Both the position numbers and the translations under genes were made by a program. The notes below the pieces were generated by a model. The model was not told the DNA's origin, made no database searches, and saw only the letters and a list, made by a program, of their open reading frames with translations. Shown here piece by piece: positions 36,411-49,669 of a stretch of 64,000 bases of DNA (positions are counted from its first letter, which is position 1; the number at the start of each line of letters is the position of its first letter). Location: the NCBI RefSeq assembly GCF_036365525.1, contig NC_090393.1:22063804-22127803 (forward strand), written 5' to 3'. This DNA is from Heterodontus francisci (lineage: Eukaryota).

Positions 36411-37559
36411 GCTGTATCTTCTACTGTGAAGACAGACACAAAATATTTGTTCAATGTCTTTGCTATTTCCTCATTCCCCATGATAATTTCTCCTGTCTCT
36501 GCCTCTAAGGGACCAACGTCTACTTTAGCTACTCTCCTTTTTATGTATTTGTCAAAGCTCCTACAATCTGTTTTTATATTGATGGCTAGTTTACTCTCAT
36601 TCTATTTTTTCCCTTTTTATCAACTTTTCGGTGGCCCTTTGCTGATTTCTAAAACACTCCGAATTCTCAAGCTTACTACTATTCTTTGCCTGGGTGTAGT
36701 GGGGATCTTGCCACATGAGGAAATCTTGGGTTTTGACTCTGTCTTGTTGCTCTTCAACAACAATGTGCCGTTTTATTGTTCCACTTTTTTTTTTAACTTA
36801 TTCACTTGTTTTATGGGGTGTGGGTGGAATATTTCAGCTCTTCCTGCACTTTGTCCAAACTCCTGGTAATTCCATACACAGCTTCTGGGTCTTACCTGTA
36901 TCATATTACTGGGCGATGGCCAGGCCCATTGTCGTACAGTCTGACAGAGAAAAGGAATTGGGAAAGAGGGTCACTGCACAGGCTTATATGCACTCCCTAG
37001 CAGCCAGCTGTAGAGCAGTATTGGTTGAAGGCTGAGGCAGTCTGTCTGCTCCGATGGGGTCATACAGGGGTTTTTGCTAGTCTTGCAGTGTTGTGATACC
37101 ACAATACAAGAACATGACCTGAGAGTGCAAAGTGAGGGCACTCACAGAGACTGGTGATCACTGGAAGTGAGGGTGGAAGGCATTTTGTAGAAAAGGTTGG
37201 ACACAGACTGAGCATTTTTAGTGTAAGTAATGCAACACTTTTTTCAGCAATGTATCACAATAGATTTGGGTGTTTCCTGCTTTCCAGTTTTTCTTCTTCC
37301 TCTTTTGTATCTGGTGCACTTTTGAAAAGTTGAGTGCAACAAGACCTCCTTTGGTTTGTTTTTGCACTGTGGCGACTAATGATGTATATTCACGATTACA
37401 GGAAATTTCTTAGCACTGCATAGGTGCCAATGTGACTCACAGTAACTGAGAGGCCTCCATAAACAATCCTAGCTTACAGTGAATCCCTAGGACAGTATTA
37501 TCAGACTGTTAACAACCTAGACATCCTAACTGACTCTGAGATTAGTTTCCAACCAAACA

Positions 37560-38160
37560 TCAGCTCCAAGACCAAGATCGCCTACTTTCACCTCCATAAC
37601 AACGCCTCTCTCCACCCTACATTATCTTCATCAGCTGTTGAAATCCCCATCCATACCTTTGTTAACCACCAGACTCGACTACCCCATTGGCCGGCTGCCC
37701 TCCCACTTCCACCCTCAATAAACTTGAACTCATTCAAAACTCTGCTGGCCATATCCTAACTCGCACCAAGTCCTGTTCACCCTTCACCCCTGAACTTGCT
37801 GACTGACAGTGGGTCCTGATCTGACAACATTTCAATTTTAAAATTCTCATCCTTATTTTCAAATCCTTCCACAGCCTCACCCCTCCCTATCTCTATACCT
37901 CCTTCAGTTCTACAATCCTCCAAAATCTCTGCCCTCCTCCTATCCTGGACTCTTGTGCATCCCTGATTTTAATCGATCTGCCATTGGTGGCCGTGCCTTC
38001 TGCTGACTTAGGCCCTAAGCTCTGGAATTCCCTCCCTAAACCTCTCCACCTCTTTACCTACTTTCCTCCTTTAAGATAGTCCTTAAAACCTATCTTTTGG
38101 TCAAATGTTCTAATATTTCATTATGTGGCTTGGTGTCAAATTTTGTTTGATAATGCCTGG
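37560..38160 (+). mobile_element. L2 LINE 3' fragment
   Basis: Colinear with 10980-11570 (CTCTGGAATTCCCTCCCTAAACCTCTC etc.). Confidence 0.8.
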
Positions 38161-40169
38161 TGCAATATTCTGATTAACAATACAGTCTCTCTGCAAAGCT
38201 TGTATTCTGCCATTCTGGACAGCTTTCATTCATCTGTAGCCACATGTGCTGAGGAACTTGGGTGGTTTGACTTACACACCACATTCCTCTTAGATCTTCA
38301 GCTACGCAGAGGAACCTGTGTAATGTGTTGACTGCAGAAACTGAAGTTAGTGATCTCTTCTTATGAAAGGAGTTTGTCTAACTGGTAAATGTTTGGCAAT
38401 GAATGGGGAAGCATAAAATCTCTGGCCTTTGGATGCATGGGGAGGAGAGTTGATTTACAAATACTCTGAAGAATGTTTTCCCCACCCAGCAGTGAGTCAC
38501 TGCTGCTGATCAAGTTGAACTTCTGCTCATGACAGTGTGCTTCAGTTCACCAACCCACTGTGTTGCCATACCTGGTAACTGTGGGATGTTGCAGCCAACA
38601 ACATCAGGGACACAAATACAACATTGCCTGACTGTCTCCTGGCATTTCTCTGTTTGTAAACTTATTAAAGTTTGCAAACTAAAGAACTCATTTTTGTAAA
38701 ATTTCCAGAGGGCTATATTTGAATAAGTGAAACCATGTTTTGTGAGCATGTTTTTCTGTAGTAAATATTTACATATTAACTTGTACTTGTTCTAAAACAT
38801 ATGCTGATTGTGAGGGGATTTTTTGTACATGGTGGGGACTGGCAGAGGGGTTGTGATCCTTCTATTTGCCACAATACTTAACCTTTTTTATTTTCCAATT
38901 TGTGTTATGCTGTGAGGTATTTTCCATTAAATGAGGAGTATTGCATCAGTGTACCAGAGAACTGCCAACATTTTTGGAATCCTTCCATATGTGTGTGGTT
39001 TTGTGGCATCTCTTGGGAATCCCTCAGTGAGATTTGATTTTGTTGGTCGGTGATATGTGATGTGAGTGAAGCATTTTAATTTCTGCAATGAGAAAGATGA
39101 AGGCCAAGACACTTTCAAGGAAATGCCTACTTCATACTTAAGTTTTGGCTTTATTGATAGGAGAGAATTTGTATTTTCCACCCTATGTCTGCAAAGACAT
39201 TGCATGTAGTATTGCTGAGGACTGACTATAAATAGGGAGCTCACACCAGAACCAATGGGGCAGTCTCTGGCAACTGATTCTAGATGATCAGTATCTCTGA
39301 TCAAACTCTGCTCTGAGACATTTCATATCTAAATTACTACTCGTAACGAATAATCATATGCAACAGGTCACCTAGTTCTCGTCACGCATGGCTTGGAAAT
39401 TTAATTAAATCAGTTTATGATTGTAAAAGGATAAATCTCTTCAAGCAGGGGCAATAAAGGAGACAGCAGAGAGTGCACTAGTGCTACTATCTGGCTGCTT
39501 CTCCCAAGTTAAGTCAAAGATTGTGTATTAGATTTACCTGTGCTGGATAAACTCCTGATTGGAGATTTTTTTCAATTGCGATCTCTGTGTGGTTCTTGAA
39601 ATATATAGGGAGCTTGCTGCGACCCCGCTACTCCCATCTCAGACTGGTTGATATTAGGTGTCCTTGTATTAATGACTGGTTAGACAGAGCATAATGGACC
39701 TTGGAACTGATTGCATTGAGGAGTCTGGAGAATTATCATGGTTACCTTGGATTGAGGTACAGGTTGGAATCTAACTCGGGTATTCAGATGGGTTATTTGT
39801 AGAATACTAGATATCCAGGAATGAGTTACTGTAATCTAATCGCAGGATTTGGCTGGTATCCTAAACCATGACAAGAGAGTTTGGGAAATACATTATATGT
39901 TTAACAGCAAAAAATGGAGGTACGAAGTATTTTGGTCTAGGCAGGTGTTTCTCTTGAGGAGGGAGGGGAATAGGGAGAATTGGGAAAGTCACTACAGGCT
40001 GCTGTGGAGATATTGATACGGTTAAAGCCTCAGGGTGTTTGGCAGTCTCAGCTGAGGGGAAAAGAGACCTTCATAAAAGGAGAGTAAGTTTGTTCTAGTC
40101 AACCATGCAACAGTGTTGTGCTTTGCTAAACAGATGTTCAGAGTAGTGTTAGAAATACAGGGTTAGAAA

Positions 40170-40530
40170 TCCAATGTAAGGACTTAGGTCGCAGATCAGT
40201 CATGCTCTCCAAAACAATTACCAATTAGTCCCACTGCCCTGCTCGTTCCCCTAGCCCTGCATACTTGACCTTTTCAAATGTATATACTATTCCCTTTTGA
40301 AAGTTACCTTTAACTCTGCTTCCACCACCCCTTCAGGCAGTGTATTCCAGATCATCATAGCTTGCTGAGTTAAAATAAAATACTCCTCATTTCCCCCTGG
40401 CTTTTTTGACAATTATCTTAAATCTGTGCCCTCTGGTTACTGACCCTCCTGCCAGTGGAAACAGTTTCTCCCTATCTATTCTTTTAAAACCCCTCATGAT
40501 TTTTAACACCTCGATTAAATCTCCCCTTAT
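40170..40530 (-). mobile_element. CR1 3' fragment
   Basis: RGDLIEVLKIMRGFKRIDREKLFPLAGGSVTRGHRFK. Confidence 0.85.
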
Positions 40531-43119
40531 CTTCCTTGTTGTATGGAGAAAATGTTGACAGTATCCTGCTGTCCTGTAAACAATTGCGTCTCCTAGTCGT
40601 GGAGAATCTCCAGCACTGACCATCCAGTCATCCAGCATGAAAAGGACACACAGTTACAATGAGCTGAGAACCTAACGGGGAGAAATGGGGCTGTGAGCAG
40701 TGTCACTGTTATAATGAGTGTGTGGGACTTGTATGTTACAACAAGCTGTGTGTCATGTTTCAGTAATGAGGGAGCTGTAACCTAGGTGATGGCTTATTAG
40801 TTCCTTCATTAATGAAGGTGTGAGCTGTGTAGGGTATATCCACTAATGTATGATTGGAACATGTTTCTCCAAGCTCTTGCTCCAGCAGTGGTTAACTGAA
40901 ATAATAGTGATAATTTAAATACTAATGTTTATAGAAGATTTTATTTTCTTCAGAAATGTTTAAAGTTGGAAATTGTTGCAGTTAATTTCCTGAAATGTAA
41001 TTTTGATTAAAATGAAAGTATTTTAATGAATAGCATTGAAATGCTGCTTGGTATTGAAGGGTCTGCATGTTAATCATTGAGGCTGTAAAGCCCACAATTT
41101 GCATCAGTTCTCTGTCAATTAACTAATGCCTAGTTCTCATTTTAAAAACTCCTAAACAATATCCTTTTGCCGCTGATGTTTTGGCATAACCATCAGTGAT
41201 TCCATCAATCCCCATAAAATCAACTTGTATTGGTTTTGCTCGCTGGAACTGAGAAGAAAGGGAGAGGAAGAGTGAGTGAGCTTGGTTACTGAGTGTAACA
41301 CAAAGCGACAGTAATGCCAGTTTCTGCTGTTCAGCTTTGTGTTTCTATCACTGCTCAAAGTTCGTTTTGTTTTCACATTGTAGTCTCTGTCTTGCTTTCA
41401 GCAAGGGAATGATGACATGAAACACTACTGAATGAACAAACCCTGACATGAGGCAAAGCTCTGTCGAGGGAAGACGCTTACTGTTCAGGATGGCCAAGAA
41501 AAGCCCTCCCCTTAAATGGAACCAAAAGGCTTCTCCACAGTGGGTACATTTATTGGGCTAGTTCAGCCCTCCCACTCCTGGTCACACCTTCCTGTGGCCT
41601 GTTTACAGTCCAGCTTTGGCAATGGGTGATAGGAGGGCACTTTCAGCCTGAGAACTTTTTTTTTGGAAAGGTTATTCACTTGTCACATGCGGCATTCTGA
41701 GCTGTTATATAGCATGCTGACTGTGCATGTTGGTCAATGGATTTGTAGAAGCTTTAGCAGTTCCATGTCAGAGATTGTACAGAATCTTGAGTCTGTTTGA
41801 TGTCATCCACCCACAATACAAACCTTACAGCTTTCGCATTGCAGTGTCTTAACTCTTACTTAAACAACCCCACTGTCCTACCCTCATCCACTTTTCCTGG
41901 GGTAATCCATTCAGCTGTTGACTATCCTCTATGTAAAGAGATACCTGATGTCTGACCTGAAGTTTCTGTTTCCATTTGGCATGGTGAATGAGCTTTACAG
42001 TCAATGAAGTACTTTAAGAAGTGCAGTGACTGTTGTTGTACTTTAGAAAACTTAATTGATGTGACCTATAAATTTACCTACTGTTCATTAAGATTTCAAT
42101 TATAGGTCATGTTTGTATAGGAATCTGGTTAGCTTTCTATGGAGCTGCTGGAAATCTCAGTCGCAGAGTAAGTAATTTTCATCCCACCTTCATATAGGTT
42201 TCTAAATTTTTGCCAACAGAAGCTGATTTCAGGGATGTTCAGTTTGGGCACTTGTTGGCATTTGCTTTTCAACCTGAATTTTGTCCGTATGACTGGCATT
42301 TCACAGATCAAAAATTACTTAAACTTGGATAATTTCCCCTTAAAACTTTTAGAAAGACCTTCATTCCAGGATGGGGTTTTTTTTTAAGGTCGCCCCTTAG
42401 TCTTGTCGGCCCTAATTTCTCATGTTTCTCTTCATCTTCAGCCTCTCATCCCTGGTGACAACTGAGTCGCTGTACTGAGATAGGGTCTGGGTTTAGCAAT
42501 AGTCTGAGGAAGATCCCGGGGTCTGTAATCACAACAAAGGGGGGGCTAATATTCCAGAAAAACTGTGGAGACGGTTTTGGGAGATATGGAGATGATCCCG
42601 AGATCTGGAATCGCTGGAAAAGTAAGTCGTAGAATCGGAGCACTGAAGAGAGAAGTCCCAAGGTCTGAGAACATTGATGGTTAAGGAGCACCAAGAGTGG
42701 TGTATGTGTTTATGAGCACTGGGGATTGGGGGAGACACTGAAAATTGGAGAAGATGGTGAGGGAGGCTCGAAGCTCCAGGAAAATCGGGGAAGCACAGGT
42801 CTGGCAGTATTGGGGGATGGGGACTGAGGCCTGGCAGCCTTGAGCAGGAAGGGAGCTGGGAGAATAAGTCTTGAAGATCAAAAAGGGTCAAGGGAATCAT
42901 CAGACTGCTTTTCCTGTCATCATTTGGTTCCTGCCTTAAAGCACTTAGTATGTTTGCTACAGTGGAAAAACTACATAGTCTTTAAAAGCATAAGTTTCCG
43001 GTAACTAAAATGTGTATAATTCATCATTTTCACAGTTACAATACAAAATTCTTGCTGTCATTCTCGAGACAAAATTTTTAATTGAATTTGGATTGAAAAT
43101 AAGACTTTTCATGATTGAC

Positions 43120-44140
43120 ATGGACAGCAGCCAATTGGTTGGCATCCTTCCATCTATGAAAGATGATAGACACGCAGCAAGCAATCCATTTAGGTGTACA
43201 TTTGTTGATGGCTGTGAAGGCCATTCCTTGAGAGGCAGGTTCTGCCACCACTGCTGCACGTGAAGCTGCCAAGTGATGCCATGAGTTGTTTTTGACATTG
43301 GCGCTTGTTGCCAAGCTGGTCATCATGGTAGTGCACACCAGTCCACAGAATGTGACATTTCCCTCTTTTGCCAGCTAGTGACTCCCGGGTGCGCTAGTTG
43401 AAGCTTAGGGCCTTCATGTCACGTTTGCAAGCATCCTTGAAGCAGAGCTTTGGGTGTCCTACTGGTTGTCTGGTCCAGGCTACTTCACCATACAGAAGGT
43501 GAATGGGTATGTGATCGTCTTCTATCCTGCAGATGTGCCTAATCCACCAAAGCCGCCTCTGTTTCATTAGTGCCAACACACTTGGGAGCTCTGCCTTTGA
43601 GAGGACTGCCACATTTGTGATTTTGTCCTGCCAGGATATACCCATAATGCGCCACAGACAGCAAAGCTGGAAATTATTGAGCTTATTTTCCTGGTAGCTG
43701 TAAGTTGCCCATGTTTCACAACCATACAGCAAGGTGCTGAGAACACGGGCCTTATAAACCATCATATTGGCCCTAAGGGTCAACTTGGTGTTATCCCTGC
43801 GCGTTTTGCAAGTTGGCCAAAGGTGGTAGCTGCTTTACCGATGCGTGTATCAATCTCTGCATCAAGGGGTAGATTGTCTGTCACCGTGGACCCAAGGTAG
43901 CAGAATTTGCCAACCACTTCCAACCTGCATACGACAAAGGAAATCTACAAGCCATGTACGAAGTAACCATGAGGGCAGTTGGCCTTGCCATCACCAAAGT
44001 TGCTCCCCTGAAGTCGGCATAAGTAAGCAGATGTCCCACTGGGCTGATTAGATGAAGAACCCTCATCACTGTAGCCATTGACTGCCTAGCGAACAAAAGG
44101 GAACCCGGCAAGGACAGAATCCCGGCCAAACTGCTCAAGC
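43120..44140 (-). mobile_element. RTE-clade LINE fragment
   Basis: VYKARVLSTLLYGCETW...LWRIMGISWQDKITNVAVLSKAELPS...RRLWW. Confidence 0.85.
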
Positions 44141-44351
44141 AGCCAATTGGGAGAGCCCAATGTTTCAAATTCAATTCCCAGCTAGGTTTGAATTACTTAG
44201 AAAAACAAAACTAAATGCCGTTTGTCATTTTCATTGAGAAAAAGAAATCCGAGCTGGATCTGTTTTCACCTGCTTTATAACTGTTGTTGTTAATTCCAGA
44301 TGTGTCTAATTATGTGTGAGGTTAAAAATTGAGCAATTCAAAATAGAAAAG

Positions 44352-46215
44352 TCATAGAGAGTCACAGCACTGAAACAGGCCCTTCGGCCCACTGAGTCTG
44401 TGCTGACCATCAACAAAGCGAGAGAGGAAATAGCTGGGGCTTTAACAGATATCTTTGCAGCATCCTTAAACACGGGTGAGGTCCCGGAGGACTGGAGAAT
44501 TGCTAATGTTGTCCCCTTGTTTAAGAAGGGTAGCAGGGATAATCCAGGTAATTGTAGACCGGTGAGCCTGACGTCAGTGGTAGGGAAGCTGCTGGAGAAG
44601 ATACTGAGGGATAGGATCTATTCCTATTTGGAAGAAAATGGGCTTATCAGTGATGGGCAACATGGTTTTGTGCAGGGAAGGTCATGCCTTACCAACTTAA
44701 TAGAATTCTTTGAGGAAGTGACAAAGTTGATTGATGAGGGAAGGGCTGTAGATGTCATATACATGGACTTCAGTAAGGCGTTTGATAAGGTTCCCCATGG
44801 TAGGCTGATGGAGAAAGTGAAGTTGCATGGGGTCCAGGGTGTACTAGCTAGATGGATAAAGAACTGGCTGGGCAACAGGAGACAGAGAGTAGCAGTGGAA
44901 GGGAGTTTCTCAAAATGGAGACGTGTGACCAGTGGTGTTCCACAGGGATCCGTGCTGGGACCACTGTTGTTTGTGATATACATAAATGATTTGGAGGAAA
45001 GTATAGGTGGTCTGATTAGCAAGTTTGCAGATGACACTAAGATTGGTGGAGTAGCAGAAAGTGAAGGGGAGTGTCAGAGAATACAGCAGAATATAGATAG
45101 ATTGGAGAGTTGGGCAGAGAAATGGCAGATGGAGTTCAATCAAGGCAAATGCGAGGTGATGCATTTTGGAAGATCCAATTCAAGAGTGAACTATACAATA
45201 GATGGAAAAATCCTGGGGAAAATTGATGTACAGAGAGATTTGGGTGTTCAGGTCCATTGTTCCCTGAAGGTGGCAACGCAGGTCAATAGAGTGGTCAAGA
45301 AGGCATACGGCATGCTTTCCTTCATCGGACGGGGTATTGAGTACAAGAGTTGGCAGGTCATGTTACAGTTGTATAAGACTTTGGTTCGGCCACATTTGGA
45401 ATACTGCGTGCAGTTCTGGTCGCCACATTACCAAAAGGATGTAGATGCTTTGGAGAGGGTGCAGAGGAGGTTCACCAGGATGTTGCCTGGTATGGAGGGC
45501 GCTAGCTATGAAGAGAGGTTGAGTAGATTAGGATTATTTTCATTAGAAAGACGGAGGTTGAGGGGGGACCTGATTGAGGTGTACAAAATCATGAGAGGTA
45601 TAGACAGGGTGGATAGCAAGAAGCTTTATCCCAGAGTGGGGGATTCAATTACTCGGGGTCTTGAGTTCAAAGTGAGAGGGGAAAAGTTTAGGGGGGATAT
45701 GCGTGGAAAGTTCTTTACGCAGAGGGTGGTGGGTGCCTGGAACGCGTTGCCAGCAGAGGTGGTAGACGCGGGCACGATAGCGTCTTTTAAGATGTATCTA
45801 GACAGATACATGAATGGGCAGGAAGCAAAGAGATACAGACCCTTAGAAAATACGCGACAGGTTTAGATAGAGGATCTGGATCGGCGCGGGCTTGGAGGGC
45901 CGAAGGGCCTGTTCCTGTGCTGTAATTTTCTTTGTTCTTTGTTCACCCATTTATACTAATCCTACATTAATCATATATTCCCTACCACATCCCCACAATT
46001 CTCCTACCACCTACCTACACTAGGGGCAATTTACAATGGCCAATTTACCTATCAACCTGCAAGTCTTTGGCTCTGGGAAGAAACAAGAGCACCCGGCGGA
46101 AACCCACGAGGTCACAGGGAGAACTTGCAAACTCCGCACAGGCAGTACCCAGAACCGAACCCGGGTCACTGGAGTTGTGAGGCTGCGGTGCTAACCACTG
46201 CGTCACTGTGCCGCC
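44352..46215 (-). mobile_element. HE1-like V-SINE split by a CR1 insertion
   Basis: SINE sequence GACCATCAAC|CACCCATTTATAC (intact at ~27165-27186) is broken between 44414 and 45944. Confidence 0.9.
44415..45943 (+). mobile_element. Young 5'-truncated CR1 LINE with uninterrupted RT-containing ORF2 C-terminus (ORF to 45866)
   Basis: ~483 codons without stops: QHGF, DFSKAFDKV, GVPQGSVLGPLLF, SKFADDTK, RPHLEYCVQFWSP; (TTCTTTG)n tail. Confidence 0.95.
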
Positions 46216-46688
46216 ACATGGATGTTTTTAATATATCAGTTGCAGCCTTGCTTACCTGCTAGTTTTGTTCTGTGGCAGGTCTAACCCTAGCACTAAAGCA
46301 GATTAACCCCAATGTGGGTGCCCGAAATTCTAATATCCTCAATCCTACCATGTACACTGATCTTCAGTCTGCTCAAACCAAAACCTAAAATGAATGCATC
46401 CAATTATCCTAACTGTAAAACAGACCCTCACCTAGTCCTGTGTCTAAAGTGAACGTGGAACCAAATTCAATCCTAAACTGACCCAATCTCTGATCTCTGA
46501 CCTCTGACCTGTAGGTTAGTGAACCCCAACCCTCATCCTAACTTCTCATGCAGACGTTAACTTTAACATGAACTAAACCTACACCTCACCCTGATCACAA
46601 CTGTCACTGTAATATGGATCCTAACCTTGCTCTCAACCATCACCATACAGTTTACTACAACCCAAAACTTAACATGGATTAATTCCAA

Positions 46689-46791
46689 AGTAAAAAACAG
46701 AAAGTTCTGGAAATACTCAACAGGTCTGGCAGCATCAGTGGAGGGAAAAAGAGTTAACGATTCAGGCCTGTGACCTTTCATCAGAACTGAC
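46689..46791 (-). mobile_element. ~103-bp Penelope-like mini-element with degenerate hammerhead head
   Basis: Direct repeat TAATTCCAA at 46680-46688 and 46792-46800; minus strand AGTT CTGATGA A AGGTC ACA GGCCT GAATC GTT AACT. Confidence 0.65.
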
Positions 46792-49669
46792 TAATTCCAA
46801 CTGTGCCTGTGATTTGTTGCTATTTTATCAATGCAAAATTTCAGCCAATCAGTTGCCTGTGTGATGCAGCAATTTTTCCAGGTTACATAGTGCGATGCGG
46901 GACATGCATTGGAAAAAAAAATGGAAGCTAGATTCAAGACTTTAATATATTAAGATTGATTTGATAACTCTTTTTTGTGGAGCCTGTAGTTTGTGAACAG
47001 ACTGTTTCTTCAGAATGAATAGAAAACAAAGGCTGAATTTTGTGGCTAGAATTTATTTGTGTGAGCAATTTCTCTTTTTTTTTTGCCACAAGTGATTCTT
47101 GCGGTCCTGTTGGTGCTGGTGCATGTTTTAGGCTGCATTTTTCATGGTCAGGGTAACCAGTCAGTACTGTGACAGGACCAGTACCTGATACTTCAGCTCG
47201 GCAAATTGCCATGGAAACGGATGGCTGTATTCAACAATAACCTGCTTAACCCTGGATTTAAATAACAACAAAAAAATTCAAGATCCGGGAGTGCACATAA
47301 AGCACAGAGGCTAACCAAACAAAGCTCGGCCATTGTCTCCTTCGCCCACCTTCCTTTCACAGAAGCCTGACTTTATCTAGAAAGTAACCCTTTCTTGCCT
47401 AAATGGGCTAAAGCAACTGTATGAATCGTCAGTTTTATAAAACTAATTTTTTCCTGTGACAAATCGAATGTGATTATTACCCTATCTCCCTCCCCCCAAA
47501 AATATTGTTAGAATTTGTAACTGTAACTTGGGAAGTTGGAGAGATCCAAAAATGGCTTCAACATTGCAAATGCAAGAAATTAAAGTAAAACCTTATAAAT
47601 CATAATTTAGAAACCTCCCTGCGTACTTTTTTTATTATCATGTTATTGCACATGCAAATCTTTGAGGCTAAGGCCATTGTAGAAATCGAAAACATAGAAC
47701 ATACTAGAAATGGGTAGCAGATCCATCATGATGGAAAAAGTAAAGGCAGGTCAACATTTCATCTGGACCTTTCTTCAAAGCAGAAAGTGAAACCCTATTA
47801 TAGGACGGATCAAACAAAGCAGATCAGTCAAGAGTTCTTCACCATTTGCTATTTCACTGTTACTGTTTCATAGGAATCTATATTCTATCGACACTTTTGC
47901 CTGACTGTTCAGAGTTTGAGAGATTGATGCTATACCAATTTCTTGGCACTGCCCTCCCCATTGGTATTCCGAGCTGGTGCTGTTTTCCCTTGGGTGCCAG
48001 GCAGAAGCAAGGTCAGTGAACTTGATGATATTTACAAAACCCTCGAAAAAGTGGGTGTCCGAACAAGGTAAAATGGTGCTTTTATATCCCAAATAGAGCT
48101 GATAGCTTGTATGAGATTAAAACACTTTTGGGCTTAGTGCTTGCCATGCAACAGTGTCATTACATTGGTGAAGAAGGGGCAGTGAAGTAGACCACATAGT
48201 TGCTGAGGTGTGGGCTCCCAGCCGTTCAGTGTCACATCACTGATAACAGTGAGCAGTAGCGAAAGGAGCTTATTGGTCGCCAAGCTACTTATATTGATCG
48301 CCTACACCTTCAGTGGAAGTTTGATGTTGTGTGTGCAGTGATTCCAGCTACTGTGTGTGTGTGTTTGCGTGCGTGCGCGCGCAGTATTGTGCAATATGGA
48401 AGCTAAGGCTGATGGAAGAAAATCACATTGGAGACCCCAGCCTGGGAAAAGCTGTGAAGATGATGACCACGTTTTGTAAATAAGTTATATATTGAACATA
48501 CAATATCTGCCTTGCCATGTTTTGTTGAGGAGAAAACTATCATCATGCCTCACCTTGGAGTATAAGTTTAAAAAGAATGATCTAAGGTGTTTGGTTGCTA
48601 AATTGGGTAATTTCATCCAATGCAGTGCATTATGATATTTTTATTTTCTGAGCATCATTGACTTGTTCCATTTCTTGGCAGGTATGCAAACTCATCTATT
48701 GGGCGCAGTTCAGTTCGACTGAAAACCTTGTTCACAATGAGCTGTTGTGAGACATGTTTAATATAGATAAAAGGAACTGTGATGCAAAAGCATATTGATG
48801 GTGGATTGTGTCCAGGGTCTTCCATTTGTTAAAGTTCTGATCTTGGCTGCGTTGAATGAGTGGAAGGACTATGAAACTATCAGACTGTATCACCACCCTC
48901 ACTCTTAGAGATTGTATAAAACATGAAGACGACCTTAAAAAAATATGGGGATAAACTAAGATGTCCAGGTTGCTCACGTAGAAAGCATCGAGGTACCTGG
49001 GAAATGAGAGTTTATAAGCTATGTTTTAATCAAGCCCAATTTGCACCTGCAACGTAAAAGCCCTTGAGTGTCTAATCTCCACAATGATGCCAGACCAGTG
49101 TCTGCTAAGTTCTTTAAACACCTTTTGTTTATCTTCTTTGATGAATTAACAGTTAAATATCTTTTGCAGCCCACCAGTAATTCCATAATTTATTCAGTTG
49201 CATTTTTCCATAGTTATTCACTGATCTAGCTATTCACCAATGCAGGGAATTTCCTTTAGTAGGAGTGGGCATGTTGTGGGCAGCACTGAGCTCCCATTGT
49301 ACTTGGGTTTGAGAGATTGTTTAAATATAATAACTGAACACTGGCATTCTACAGGAGTGAAAATTCAAATACTATAGAATTCTGAGGCATAAACAGAAAA
49401 CGCTAAAAACACTCAGCAAGTTGGATAGCAGCTGAAAAGAAAGGGCAAATGTTGAGGTTTCAGGCATAGACCCTCAAGAGAACTGGAAGATGTGCAGATG
49501 AACAGCCTATGAGGTGGCACATAGCGAGGGAAAGGGGGGTGCTCTCCAACACCCAGGCTGCAATACAAAAATAACTTTTGATTCATATGGTACTTGCAAA
49601 AGCAAACATCAATAAAGGAGTCTGTTAGCATCACTGTAGTACAGTAATGTCGTAGTCTTCAGCAATGAA

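Larger units (their letters stand above)
32306..36690 (-). mobile_element. CR1 LINE (family A) carrying nested hAT MITE and CR1 family B insertions
   Basis: CR1 3' tail at ~32310; ORF2 peptides (KSPGPDGLHPQVLQEVAAEIVDAL, QHGFTKVKSCLTNL); sequence resumes at ~36412 colinear with the copy at 1050-1340. Confidence 0.9.

Noticed and set aside
44400-45866. Domesticated 488-aa reverse transcriptase gene
   Set aside because: ORF start (GTG) comes from the flanking SINE; the element is 5'-truncated with an ordinary CR1 tail
46270-46680. Interstitial telomere-like CCTAAC motifs
   Set aside because: Scattered and highly degenerate, with no true (TTAGGG)n run
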